Assembly: GCA_900617105.1 (NCBI GenBank)
Contig: UYFQ01000078.1
Span: 1-64,000 of the forward strand
Source: Hydrurus foetidus
Lineage: Eukaryota
Length of the DNA stretch: 64,000 nucleotides
Direction of reading: 5' to 3'
Positions 51,373 to 64,000 of this stretch are shown one piece after another. The position numbers and the translations under genes are program-made. Under the pieces are notes generated by a model. The model worked only from the letters and a program-made list of their open reading frames with translations, searched no databases and had not been told where the DNA came from. Positions within the stretch are counted from its first letter, which is position 1, and each line of letters starts with the position of its first letter.

Positions 51373-54300
51373 ATGGAGGAGTTGAATGACTACCGTAGCA
51401 CTCCAGAAAGAGCAGACGACCAAACAAGCGATGACAGCGACGACGAGCATCGCATGGACGAAGATAGTACGGAAAAAGTTAATAGTTACAATTCTTCTTC
51501 ATCTGAAGCACCAGTGTCAGATAGCAGGACAGACCTGAAGAAAGACTCGTACCAAAATCAAACTTCTAAAGCAACTAGTACTAGCCTCTCTCCTCAGACC
51601 CTTCTTGAGCTTGCAGAACGATGTCGATACATTCCGATGCGTCTCACAGAAGACGAAAGACGCCTTCTGAATGTTCTGGAGAACGCGCTCGAAGTGTGCG
51701 AATACACGGACACAGTCGACGTGACTTATTCTCACACTGGAAAGTCAAAGCAATCGAGGATAATCAGTAGTTTAGTTGATCTTCTTTCCATCGCTTGTGG
51801 ATTGCTGGTTAGTCGCACCTCTATTTCTTCTTTTGTTCTGAACACTGTTCTGCCTCTGACTGATACTCAGATCTGCTATGATTATTCACCACCCTTCTGC
51901 TCACCTTCCTTTGCACCACTAGCCCTTCATTACTCTGCTTCCATCCCTCTACATATCTATTTTTAATTCCTAACTCATTTAACTCCTCTTAGCTCAATTT
52001 CCCCCCTTTAATCTGTCTGTCTTTCGCTCTCATCAACTAACTATCTACGACCTTACTCGCTAATTTAATTCCTCAAACTCTGTTTTTCCTTTCTCCTATT
52101 TTTATCTGATCTGATCTGATCCAATTTTCCAACTGATCAGATGGCAAATAATCTGACTAAAGGAGAAAGTTTACTTTCCGGAAAAACACTCACTGAAAAT
52201 GTTGATTTATTCGCGACAATATTTGAGGTACACACGCAACACTTTTGTCATGAGAAAAAGATGAAGAATTGGTGCTGTATTTCTTTTGTATACTGATTGC
52301 TATAAAGATGACTGGTACTCTTTTCTGTTTATTTTAACATCATAATTTACGCCATCCCCATTCCAAGTAACAGAATGTTTCAATTCTCTGCTCATCTATA
52401 ATTATTTCCGTTTTGTTTTATAGATCGGTAGACGGTATAAAATTATGAATCCCGGTAAAATGCGAAATACGTACGGGAAGTTAATGTGGATTTTAATGGA
52501 CACTGAAAGTTACGCTGTGAAAGAAAAACTTCAAGTACGTATTTATGTCAGTACGTACGTACGCATGGATGTGTGTGTGCACGTATATATGCATGTAAGA
52601 ATGTATGTATGCATGTGAGTATGTACGGATGTGTGCACGTCTGCATGTATGTATGCATGTATGTATGTGTGTGAGAATGTATGTATGCATGTGAGAGAAT
52701 GAATGTACAAGATAACCTACCTCCAGGATATTTTATAGACTAGTGATTACTGTGACAAGTGACGTTAATGATCAATTAGCATCTGTCTCTATATGAAATT
52801 AGTCTTAATGTAACACTATTTTAAACAATTGCTGATTAGATCAATTAATTCAACTCTGAAATTATTCAATTAATTATTTCAGCTGAACTTTGTGAGGCCC
52901 ATTGTAACGATTGAAAGTTTTCTGAAGAGAAAAGGCTCTCTGTCTCTCCTATCCGATATCGATTTATTGGAAGCCACACAACCGATTAACGATATTAATG
53001 GTACGTACGTACGTGTGTGTGTTGTTATGCACTTTGTTTATTTTAGTGTGATGTTTATTTATTATATTTTGTTTTATTTTGTTTTATTTTATTATCTTAT
53101 TGCCGTGCGAATGAGTGAAGAGAAATAAATTAAATGAATAGAAGAGACAATGAGAGAATAGAAAGTAAGCAAGTTGCTGATGTATGATTTTTATACAGCT
53201 TTTGTAAAGAGTAAGTGAGGTGCAGCAGTAAACACTGTCATGCGAGGCAATACGAGTGACGAAAGAACAGGATCATCACATAGTGTTGAAGTTATACATT
53301 GAATTTATTTTATTCTATTTATTTTTCTTTCATTTTCTGATATTAATGAAGAACTATAAATCCAATTAACGCAGGTCAAAAGACCCAAAAAGATTTAGTA
53401 CGAGAATCTACACACAAAAATCAAATATGCAAAGAAGTAATAGAAAGACACGCGAGTGCTGAGCTGACCGATCTCGACATACAGCGTGTTATCGACTCTA
53501 TATCCGACAATGAGGCGTACTTAGCATTCAATGTCGGGCCGGTTGACAGAGCCATTCAGATATTAGAACAAACATTTAACCCGAATAAACCTGATGAACA
53601 TTACTCGTTAGAGTTAAAAATGAAATTACGTAAATCTTTTATGTCACTCGGAGGATTCAGCAGCAGGTACATCAACACCAGTGCATGTCTGTCACATGAC
53701 CACGCCACACAGTATACTTTCGTCCTACAGTCGCTTACTCTGTGGAGACAAGTTATGAAGTTTCTACCAAAATTGTGGCTTTATACGGATACAGATTTGA
53801 TAGGAGAACAGGTACACACGTACTTGATTTCGTACGTGTACATGCACGTACATGTGTATGACTGTATGAGTGTAAGTACGTGTGCATGCGCATATGAATA
53901 AACTAATTGTTCACAGTAGTCGCTTCTTCTACACGGTCTCTCAGAGTCTATTCAACGAGTCATCTATCTATCAATGTGTCTGTCTGTCTATCTGTATGTC
54001 AGGCGGTCCTCCCATTTGACTGCCTATCTGTCAATCAATCTTTCTACCTACCCCACCTCATCACATCTCATTTCTTCTCATCGCTGCTCATCTCATCGCA
54101 TCTCACCTCATCGCATCTTATTGCACCTCATTTCCTTTATTTCCCATATTTCCTCTCAGTACCGTTTGGTGGACACCGGTCAGGGCTACCATCGACTGCA
54201 ATCCTGTCCACACGTCAGCGCGGAGATACGGAGAATACTATCAGCCACTCAGAAGTCATGCGGAGCTCCTTGGGTGGGACTGAGCGTGATTCACTTGGGA

Positions 54301-55130
54301 GACAGAGACGTGCCGAACGCACTGGTGTTCATCGACAAATACACTCAGGTAACAGGTGAAAGGTGCCATGTTTCATTCCAGTGTCCCTTTTGGTGGACTT
54401 TGTGCGTAATGGGACTTGTTTTTCGTTTTTCGTTGTCTGTTCTTCCTTGGTATTTCTGTTTATTGGGTATTTTTTACAATTAAGAAACTTCGCTCACGCA
54501 TTTGAAGCACACGAAGGCGCTTTATTTAGTACAAACATCTCTATATAGGTGCCTCGTATACTCGCCCCAATAGTGCGCTGCATAGACCGCTTACCAGCAC
54601 TGACCTTGGACCCAGCATTCCACAAATACGTCAGTGACGAGTGGGGATCGATTTTTGGATTGAGAATGCAGATTTTATCCGACTTTTTCAAACACGGATT
54701 TGATGGATCAGGTATTTGAAAACATGTTTTATTTCATTTTGCTTTACTTCACTTTATTTCATTTCACTTTACTTTGCTTCACTGTATTTTACTTTACCTT
54801 ACTTCACTTTGAGTGTCGTTTTATTTCATTAATTCATGAATTCGTTGGCTTTACCGTTGATTCACGCACCCGTACAGATTTATTTATTTATTGATTCGTT
54901 CGCTAATACTTCTCACAGTGTAACACCCGCTATAACACGCTAATTCTAGCCATAACAATCTACATTATACCCATATACCGTGATATACAGGGGATGACGG
55001 AGGTTCCTGCATAGACGGCCGACTTACTTCCGCTTGGAATTGGTGTTCCAAACTCCACAAGAAACCGTATTATAACGTATTTATGTTTACCGGATTTCAA
55101 GGATTTGACGGGGATTGGAAAGAAGATTAA
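51373..55130 (+). CDS. UPF0652/DUF2009-family conserved protein; multi-exon
   Basis: [105 protein letters not shown]. Confidence 0.88.
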
Positions 55131-55624
55131 ACTGGAATGAAATTAGGAACAGTTTAGTCAAGCAGTTGATAGGCAGAAGGGAAGAGGAGGGATGGAGAGG
55201 ATACGGAAGAGAAAAGGGAAGAGGAGAGGGAGAGATCTGAGAAATCGATCAGCGATCAATCCGAGTGGGATGGGAAAGAGCGGAAGAGGAGCAGCAAGAG
55301 CAGCTGGCGTTGGACTGGCTCAACAGAAACAGCGTGGATTAATAAATGAGAGCGACGGTGAAAGAGATAGCGATGTACAGACAAAAAGCAAAACGGAAAA
55401 AAATGTTGGATGCAAATGCAAAAAATCGAGTCATATTCCGCATTACATACCATACTAAATTAAATGAATTAATTTTCTTAATAACTCTTATTAATCAAGA
55501 TTTATAAAGTGCTCGATTCCTCTTTTTGACAATTAAAATAAGATGGGATCAATCTTTGACTCCAAAAATCGAAACTCAAGTACTTAATTTATCTGTCTCT
55601 ACCTCCAGCCAATCGTCACGTCAA

Positions 55625-55767
55625 TAGAGTGTTTGCGCAAACGGAAATATCTCGGATATGTAATATCCGAGATCCGTCAATTCGAGGCGGAAATTTGAAT
55701 TTTGAACGGGGTAAATCCCCGTACCCTGGGGTTCCAGCCGGATATTTCCGTTTGTGCGAACACTCTA
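55625..55767. mobile_element. MITE-like element with 27-bp TIRs (hAT-like TAGAG ends)
   Basis: TAGAGTGTTTGCGCAAACGGAAATATC...GATATTTCCGTTTGTGCGAACACTCTA (25/27 complementary). No clear 8-bp TSD. Confidence 0.65.
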
Positions 55768-55934
55768 ACATATGTTGCGCAGTCCAATTATTGCTGAGTG
55801 AAGACTCTGGCTACATTGTATGAAGGAGACAGAGAGTGCCTTCATCGAGTGGCTGTTTCCGTTTTTTCATTTCGATCCGATGCATACTGGTGACTGTTGA
55901 GGGTCACAATGAAAGGATTGGAAAGTGTCAGCCT

Positions 55935-56032
55935 GAGGATGGTTTCCGATAGCTGGTACTTAGACAGACCACTATCCCATCTAGCGCTAGATGATGTAGT
56001 GGTCTAAGTACCCGCTATCGGATACCATCCTC
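55935..56032. repeat. ~98-bp near-perfect palindrome / long hairpin
   Basis: GAGGATGGTTTCCGATAGCTGGTACTTAGAC...CATCTAGCGCTAGATG...GTCTAAGTACCCGCTATCGGATACCATCCTC. Confidence 0.85.
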
Positions 56033-56679
56033 TGTATTCTGGGGTACACGAATGTTCAGAAACGAAAGAAATGACCGAAGTGTCCCCTACCATACACCGT
56101 ACATTACTGCGCAGCGTGGCTGAGGAAATCAATTCAACTCAACTACTGAGTTTGTTGTCAGATCCTCTACCGCGTGGTGAACAGGGGGTCTATTCATTTC
56201 GCACATCCAGTGCAATAAAAAGAACAGGGATAGTACTGTCTTTAATCTCCGTTCGATCCGTCAGCAGAGATGGTAAAAGTAGGGGCAGCTTTATATTTCT
56301 TTTTCTTAATATGTGTGCAATGTTGTAAATATGGGTCGAAAAAAAACAGTGTTACGGAGGAGGGAAGGAAGGAAGGAAGGAGGTAAATGGACATAGTATC
56401 TTTCAATTTGGCTTGTGACAGAGATAGACATGAAGTCGTACAAATCCGTGCAATGTTTCTATCACCGTCAATTTTACAGAAAACCTATTGGGAGTAAGTT
56501 GTGACAAGAAATAGTGACAACTATTGATCAAGATTCGACAATTGTGCAGGTGCAAGAATTCAACGACATTCGGAACATTCCGTTACAATCTGCCGGAATT
56601 TGAATAAATTGGCGAATAATCGTTAGGATAGAACATTCCGATAAACAGATGTCAAAATAGAACAATCCTTAGGAACATT

Positions 56680-57731
56680 CTATAGAATGGCGTTGATTTT
56701 CGCCGATATCGAGAGTTGCGTCTGTGCCAATGTAGACACGTATGAAACCATCAACAAGTCCTGAATCTTCTCCTGTAGCATTGTGTTAAATTCCTCCGGT
56801 CTGACTGTTTGTAGTGCACCGATTGCGTCCGCTATTTTCATGCCGTATTCTGCCATAGGCGTGGCAGATCCATCTACTACAGAGTCAACATACGTCTGCA
56901 CCTCATCCAGTACAACGAGTAACTTCCTCATCGCTCCATGCACAGAGTCGCGCTGATCTGGCACGATTGCAACAACCTCTGATTCAGCAAACGCTTCTGC
57001 GTTCTGAGCATTGATCATGTGGTACAAACATGTGGCTTCCGAGTCGGTCACTTCCAAGTCAACTTTTATTTCCAAGAATTTGTTTGCTAGATTCGCACCG
57101 CCCAGTGTCATAACCTGACTCATGAAACCTCTCACTCCCATGTCCTCTCCTGCTAGAGTTGTATCTACCACCAAGTGAACTGGATTCTCGCACTCATCAG
57201 AATAAAAGTTCTGAATCAAAGAAGAGTTGTCGTTTAGCAGAACACCTTCGGCTGTGGTTGTTGTGTACCAACCAACGATCTTCTCCTTCTTATTAATACG
57301 GCGATGAAAGTTATACATTGACTTGAAGTAGTCCCTGTTTATTCCGACTGATACTTCATCCTTATTTTCTGTATGGGGGACACCAAAACACTCCGTAACC
57401 TGTCAATGTCAGATGAGTCTATCATCGATTGCAAGAATGACGATGCGTGGGTCATATTGTCAGATTTATCGATGATCTCTTACCTCAATTTGACCATCTT
57501 TTACGACTCCGAGTAAAGTGCCTATAACTCTGAAGTCTCGTTTTTCTCTTCGTACAAAGCTATTCAGAATTGAGAAGACAACTGTAGGATGAACTTTGAC
57601 GACAGGAACAGGGGTGTCCCCGAGAGCAAGGGCTTCCTATTCGCGCATTTTGGAATAGTTTGATCACTTTAAGCTATGCATTTGATTTCGACAGTGAATG
57701 TTTGAAATTCTGAGATTACCAGCTTGCTCAT
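56680..57731 (-). CDS. eIF3f: Eukaryotic translation initiation factor 3 subunit F (MPN domain); 3 exons
   Basis: VKVHPTVVFSILNSFVRR...RVIGTLLG...VTECFGVPHTE...EKIVGWY...QDLLMVSYVSTLAQTQLSI. Confidence 0.92.
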
Positions 57732-58890
57732 TTTCCAAAAATGAAAATTCGCCGAAGATCCCTGTCAATGCAAAGTTGAGATGGAAAGGAGGCTGCTTAC
57801 GCGTTAAATACAATCTCCAGAAACCTTCCAATAGCCGATAATCGTCGATAATGTCGATGATACCTTTGCTGTGAGGAATTGTGTGGATGGAGCGCAGGGT
57901 CGATCTTGGATCCCGTTTCCATGAAATCTGACCGGGAGACGGTAAGTTCCGGCCTCCAGGTGGGATATTTCCGGGAACTTTTCCAGTCGATATTTTCTTG
58001 AGCGGAGAGATTTATCGTTCGAAGAGTCTTCTCGGCAAGACCACTTTCATGGTAGATTTTGGAGTGGACTGACATCACGAACTCGATCTTGACCTGTTCC
58101 ATGAACTTTAGAAGGACCCTTAGGATCAAAAGTCTTTTGAAAAAGGGATTACAATGAGACACGCTCACGGAAAAGCCCCAGAGCAGACAGCAAATGATGT
58201 AGGGAGTCAAATGAGGGTCCTTCACAGCGCTCTTGAGATTTGCGACGACTCAACTATTGTGACTTTAAAATGCAATCAAATTGGGAAAGCTAGGCAGTCC
58301 TTCCTATCGTCGGCTTTCGTCGATGTACTGTCTGTTGCCTGTGGCTTGCAGGTAGTATAAACTATCAACTTGAATTTGCATTGTCCACTGCTCTTCAGTT
58401 GCCGTAAATTCTTTCACTTTGCTGGGTATTTAGATGGATCATGCACATGGGAAACTCTGTCTGAGATATAGAAAATGCAGACGTCATCTTTACAGCAGAA
58501 CAGATTGTCATACAAAAACCTTCTCGGTTTCTGTAGTGCATCGTTTTCCATATATGCTGATAATCATCGGTTACAGCAGCAAATGCAACGCAATTAATAT
58601 ATGTCAGAGTTGAATTTGGTCTTTATGTAAAGCTGCAGTGCTCCCTAAATGTTCTTGACACGTCATTTGCTACTCCTATCGTACTCCTAAGGCAGTCTGA
58701 TAAGAGCAATCTCATGGTTCCTACCTGTTCAAATATCTCATTCTTAGCAGACCGATTGGCTAAAGGCTATATAAATCACATTTCAACACACATTCTGTAA
58801 TGTGCTTCAGTCATTGTGTGAAAGTTTTGAAGTAATCAATATCTTCGCTACTTTCTTATTTTGGTAATACTTCTGATTACTTATCGTCTA

Positions 58891-61800
58891 GATGGTGATA
58901 GATGGAGATGCTTCTTTCTCCAGCAGAAATCCGATTCAAACAATTGATCCATTTCCAATTGCATACGATGTAAGTAAAACGCACTTTAAGTTAAATGTCA
59001 TTGGTTCAAAGATTATTATTTTTTTGATATTTTTTCTGATTTTTTATCCTTCTAGCAATCTCATTTTATTCTATTCTCTATCTTTTCATTTTATTGTACG
59101 TTAATTTATATTTCTGCCCAATCTTTCACTATGTCATCTATGTCTATCAGTGATAGAACATAACGCATTCGTCATATTACTCATCTAACAGGGTGCTGTA
59201 CTATGCACGTATTCGGTATTTAAAATCCGTATTTTGGCTGTATTTTTTCGCCACTTTAATTATCGATTATTTTCACTCTTTAGAAAGCTATTGGTGTGAT
59301 AAAAGAAAAAAAGGGGGAGAGTTTCGATGCGGTGCACTTTCGAGAAACTTTTGATATGATTATATGGGCACTTATAAACGACAATAATTCTTCAATACGG
59401 CTAAGTCTTCAGGTTTGACGATATTCACCAATATTTGATGCTATTTCCATTTCAATTATTCTGTAAAAAAATTGAGCAAGTTTGCGATGTCAAAGTTGTG
59501 GTGAAAAAAATCATATTCTTGTGGAGTCTTTTCGCTTTAAAACAAAAATGTCAAACATACAGAACATTGTGTCAAAATTTTCAACAGCATCCTGCAAAAT
59601 TCGACATCACTAATTCTTCCAAAAATATTTTTTTGTTTTACACGTGATATCAGTCTACTGATTCCCCTCTTTTGTCGGACGCCGTTAAAGTCATCACGGA
59701 AACATTCGGTAGACACGTTAAAAAGTTTTATTTCTTACGACGTGTTTCGTTTCTCTTCCTCTTTTTTCTTCAATTACACTGCTGTGGCCACTCTTGGGCT
59801 GTCGTAAGTATCTACATCGAATATTGAGCGATATGTGCTGTCCTGATTATGTGTTACCTCACCACAACGATGTCCGTTACTCACACCTTTCTGCCTTACC
59901 TTCTTCTTCTCCGCTCACAGAATCAATTTCAGTTACATTCAAAAGTACGGAAACGGTCGTAAAACCGAGAATATTTTCTTACACAAAAGAAGAAGAAATT
60001 CTGTTCGCTGCCTTACCTGTTGGAACGAAAAACACCGTAGAAGATGTTTACCGTAAAACGTTAAGATCCAGCGGGGTTACGGCCAAGCAGTCAATCGCGG
60101 GCGTGAAAGAGGAATTGTCTGAGATTGATTTGGTGCGTATCATCTATTATTAAGTCGATCATTCTTGCATTACAAATTGCCCTGTGCTTGTGTCAAGGAT
60201 ATCTACTGTACTTCATTTCAGTGATGCAGGAACTTGTTTTAGAATGATTTGTTGTGAATGTACGCAGCACCTCACAACCGAATGCATTGATGTTGAGTCC
60301 AATGAACAAAGTGAGATCGCATCAATCATAGACATAGAGAGATTGAACAGGGGATTGAATGGAAGCGGAACAAACAGTTGTGTCTCATTTGCATCATAGC
60401 TAATCGAATTTTACTGAATTCTACACAATAAATAAAATAAGTCAGGCGTCATCATTTCTTATTTATTGATTTGTTTATTAGTCACTTTTTGTTGCTTCAA
60501 ATGATTTAGTATAGAATCGCAGTGCTTGATGGATTTTATATTATCCACGACGTTACTGGTGAAAATGTTAATAAAATATTGCGACATAATTATGCAGTAT
60601 TTCCTCGACATTTCTGTTCCTCTACATTAGTCAAAGTCTCAATATCCCACTAATTACTCCCCTGATTATTTCTCCACAGAATGCCCAGAATTCATTTTCC
60701 GCCGCAATTAGTGGTCTCCAACTCTGTGTAGCCCGACTGTCACAACAGACTGAAAAATGCACACAAAACACTATCAACGGAACGTACGATACTGCAAAAC
60801 TGTACGCACGCAATATCGAATTAATAAGAACCGTTCAGCTAACGGCTAATTTAGCCGATCCGGCTAGAAGAGAAACAGTAAACGACAAAATACAGTTCCG
60901 AAACTTATTACCATATGAGAAGAAAATGAATCGAAAACTAAGCGATAAAATAGAAAATTTTGAATATGCTTTAAAAAGTTCAAAAAATCAAATATCTAGA
61001 CCGTGGGAAAACTTGAATATTTCATGTTCAATTCCAAATATGAAAAGCAGGACGGGAACTCAAATTAATGACGAGAATAAGAATAGAAGCAAAAATGAAA
61101 ATGATCATGACAATTATAATGAAAATGAAAATGAAGAATATTTGATTATGAAAACACCCGGTACCGTGGGTCATATTCCAGAATCTGATTTAAATGTCGA
61201 TCATAAGATGGACAGAGCAAACTCCCATACTCCATCTCATTCTTCGAAATTGTTTTTCTCACCAGCAAATATTTCTCTACCTTCTCCATCCCCTTCAAAA
61301 TCAAACCCAACTTCAACTTCAAGTGCGTCATATTTTTTATATTCGGAAGTATTATCCATGACGGAGAAAATACGAAAATGTAGACGCACTTTGGATTTAA
61401 TGAATGACAGTGTTTCTATGTTGGAAGTCGGGAAAGAATATTCGGATAGAAAGAACGCAGTTAATGCTGTGCTAAATAATAGTACTCGTGATGACGAATA
61501 TTCAGAAAGTTTCGAACATGATGAATTCGTACGCTTGAAAAATAACAGTGACAGCAATGATGACGACACGAAAGGTGATCAAATAAGTACACGAACATCA
61601 ACAGTAACATCAACAGTAACGACACCAATTGTGGCAACAGAAAAAAAGAAAGGAAAGACAACAAATTTTACTGCACCGGATGACGATGATGAAGAAGATT
61701 GGATATTGATAAACGAGGAACATTCCTCAAGAAATACATTCGCTCCAGAATGTTCCCTACTCCAATTATTCGATAAATTAGATTTAACATTATCTTCAGA

Positions 61801-63591
61801 CACTTCAAATTTAAAAAATAAAATACAAGAGAATGAAAATTCTGGAATCAAAGTCCTGAGTCCCATGGCGATGATCGGTCTACAAAATGTGAATTCTGGA
61901 AATTCTCAAAACAAGTACGCACGTGATTCTGCTCTCAGCAAAAATGCGTCGGCTCCTTCGTATGATTTAAATTTGAAAATTCCGAATCGTGGAGGGGGCA
62001 GAGAAAGAGGTAGAGATAGGATAGGAGAAGAAGAAGAAGAAGAGAATGATGGTGAATATAAGAAATTGGACGGAAGCCGTATAGATTCTATCAGTGTAGG
62101 TGAACGGAGAGGTAGTGAAAGAGGGAGAGGCGGGAGAGGGATACGTTTGTACGAATCGTTTCCCATGTCCCCCACGGCTAATATCGGCCATATCCTGCCA
62201 ATTGATAGTAATGATGCCAATACTGATGATGCGAAAATAAAAAATATGGATCTGAGAAGAAGCGTGCAGTCGGGTGATTACAAAAATCAAAATTCGAACG
62301 AAAATGAAAATGAAAATGAGACTGACATTTTGAATTCGGATGGTGACACTAATGACGATAATGTAAATCGAAATATCATAAAACAAAGAAATTGCCTCGC
62401 AAACGAAAGAATGAAAAGAAAGAACGTCTGGAATAGAATGATTGCGAAAACTTTGATTTCGGATGTTTCCATATCGCAAGTTTCTCCATTACGGATTTCA
62501 GCAAACACTGAAAACATCGAATATTGGTCACATATTAAATCACACGTCAATGCCGATTTTCCTGTCGAAACCCACAGCAATCGTAATGACAAAGCTGCTG
62601 ATGAAAGTAATGGTGTCCATTCTAAAAAGCTGTCAGAGACTGCCATGTTCGGTCATGCATACAATGCTTTCGAGAACTTCCGAGATAAAAAAGAGAACAC
62701 AAAAAACGAAAACACTAAAAACGAAAATTTGACGGGAACTCTGAGTAGAAAATCTTCAATTGGAAATATAGAAGATAGATCAAGTGATGGTATTCCTTCT
62801 TCATTTTCCACATTGAGCTCTATTCCCAATTCAGAACCTCAATCCTCTTCCAATCTTGGATCTGAAGCAACATCTTCAGATGTTCAAGTCACAATGAATA
62901 GATTTCTTTTTCGTAGGTCAAATAAGGAATCCAATTCAAATTCGCCTTTTCCTGCTTCTTCTATTTTTTCTTCGACAAAAAATTTTGATCCTCCACTTAC
63001 CGTGGCCGAAAAAGTTGACAAACCATTTTCTTTTCCTGATACTACAAAAACGGACAAAAATAATGTACATTCTGGTGTTGAAAAAGAAGAAGAAAGTAAA
63101 AATCCAGTGGGTGACAAAACAATCAGAAAAAGAAAAGATGATTCTATAGGAGATCTAAAAGATGAAAAAGAAAAGGAAAAAGAAATAATCAGTGCACCTG
63201 CAAAAACTGATTCCAGTGCTGAAAATAAATCCGAAACCGTAAAAACAGATTCTACCGTTTTACCCGCTGCCGTAAGTACGAGCACGGATGACAATACCCG
63301 TACGTTCTCTCAACAGGTTCATTCTTTTTACGAAAAATACAATCCAACGAAAATTCACGAAATACCGAAATTACTTGAAAAATATAAAGGACAGGAACAA
63401 GATTTAATTCGGAAACTGGAAAAAAAATATGGAGTAGAAAGTGGTAGCAGTTTGTTTGTCGAAAATTCGAAAAATAACATCGTAGGTGGCACAGAAATAA
63501 AAGGAGCAGTGCAAAATAATGAAGAAAAAAATACTATTTTTAGTGGAATTAAAAGTCCAGGATCCATTTTTTCGCCCTCTACGACTTCTGG
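58891..63591 (+). CDS. Large multi-exon protein of unknown function, low-complexity; continues beyond the window and its start is not resolved
   Basis: Exons ~58891-58968, 59921-60132 and 60680-63591; the last two join in phase 0 and the last ends at a GTAAGA donor. Motif FYEKYNPTKIHEIPKLLEKYKGQEQDLIRKLEKKYG and scattered SIFS/FSF motifs. Confidence 0.6.
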
Positions 63592-64000
63592 TAAGATATA
63601 TCGTATTATTCCGGTTTGAGACGTTTTCCTGTTTTTTCGTTGCGGCTTACTAGAAGCTTTCTAACTCTAATTTCCTTGAAATGTTGAGATGTTATTCGAA
63701 GTCATTCTCAACATCTTTTAGGAGATAAAATTATTGAATTTGTTGTTCTGAACGAATTTGTCTCATCGCCTTGTGATTTTATTACGAACATTATTTTCGG
63801 ACACGAATTTTATCTTAAATTTTACAATATGACTCTCCGCATGAAATGTTGTTATACTTATATTTCACATTAACTGTCGTGAGACACCTTCTATCGTATA
63901 TTTTCGAAAAACAATCTTGGCTATCTTATTTATTATTATATGTCATTCTGATTCATGTACTGCGTTACTTCACACGATGCATGACACTCCAAGCAGTCAC

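Noticed and set aside
57797..58360. ORFs upstream of eIF3f
   Set aside because: No recognisable homology. They may contain 5' exons of the + strand gene, but I could not build a consistent model.

Overview
Eukaryotic, intron-rich genomic DNA, most consistent with a flagellated stramenopile alga or protist (inferred from gene content, a CoDi-like copia element and intron style; taxon not determinable). Bases 1-10613 are a nested retrotransposon block. A complete Ty3/gypsy chromovirus (LTRs 1-216 and 7227-7445, minus strand) is inserted into the pol gene of a CoDi-like Ty1/copia element, whose 5' half and probable 5' LTR (10310-10613) remain. Next comes an exact 6 x 350-bp tandem array. The rest is host genes: an alpha/beta-hydrolase with an EK-repeat tail, roadblock/LC7 dynein light chain, eukaryotic UDP-galactopyranose mutase, a large PH-domain protein, MMS19, a secreted cyclophilin, a DUF2009/UPF0652 protein, eIF3f and a truncated large low-complexity protein. 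Introns are packed with micro- and minisatellites, and several MITE-like foldbacks lie between genes. The most notable observation is that the copia-like element has no tRNA-type PBS. Instead, the 16 nt next to its LTR are complementary to a site inside its own LTR, in the geometry of Tf1-type self-priming. Exon coordinates were read by eye and may be off by a few bases.
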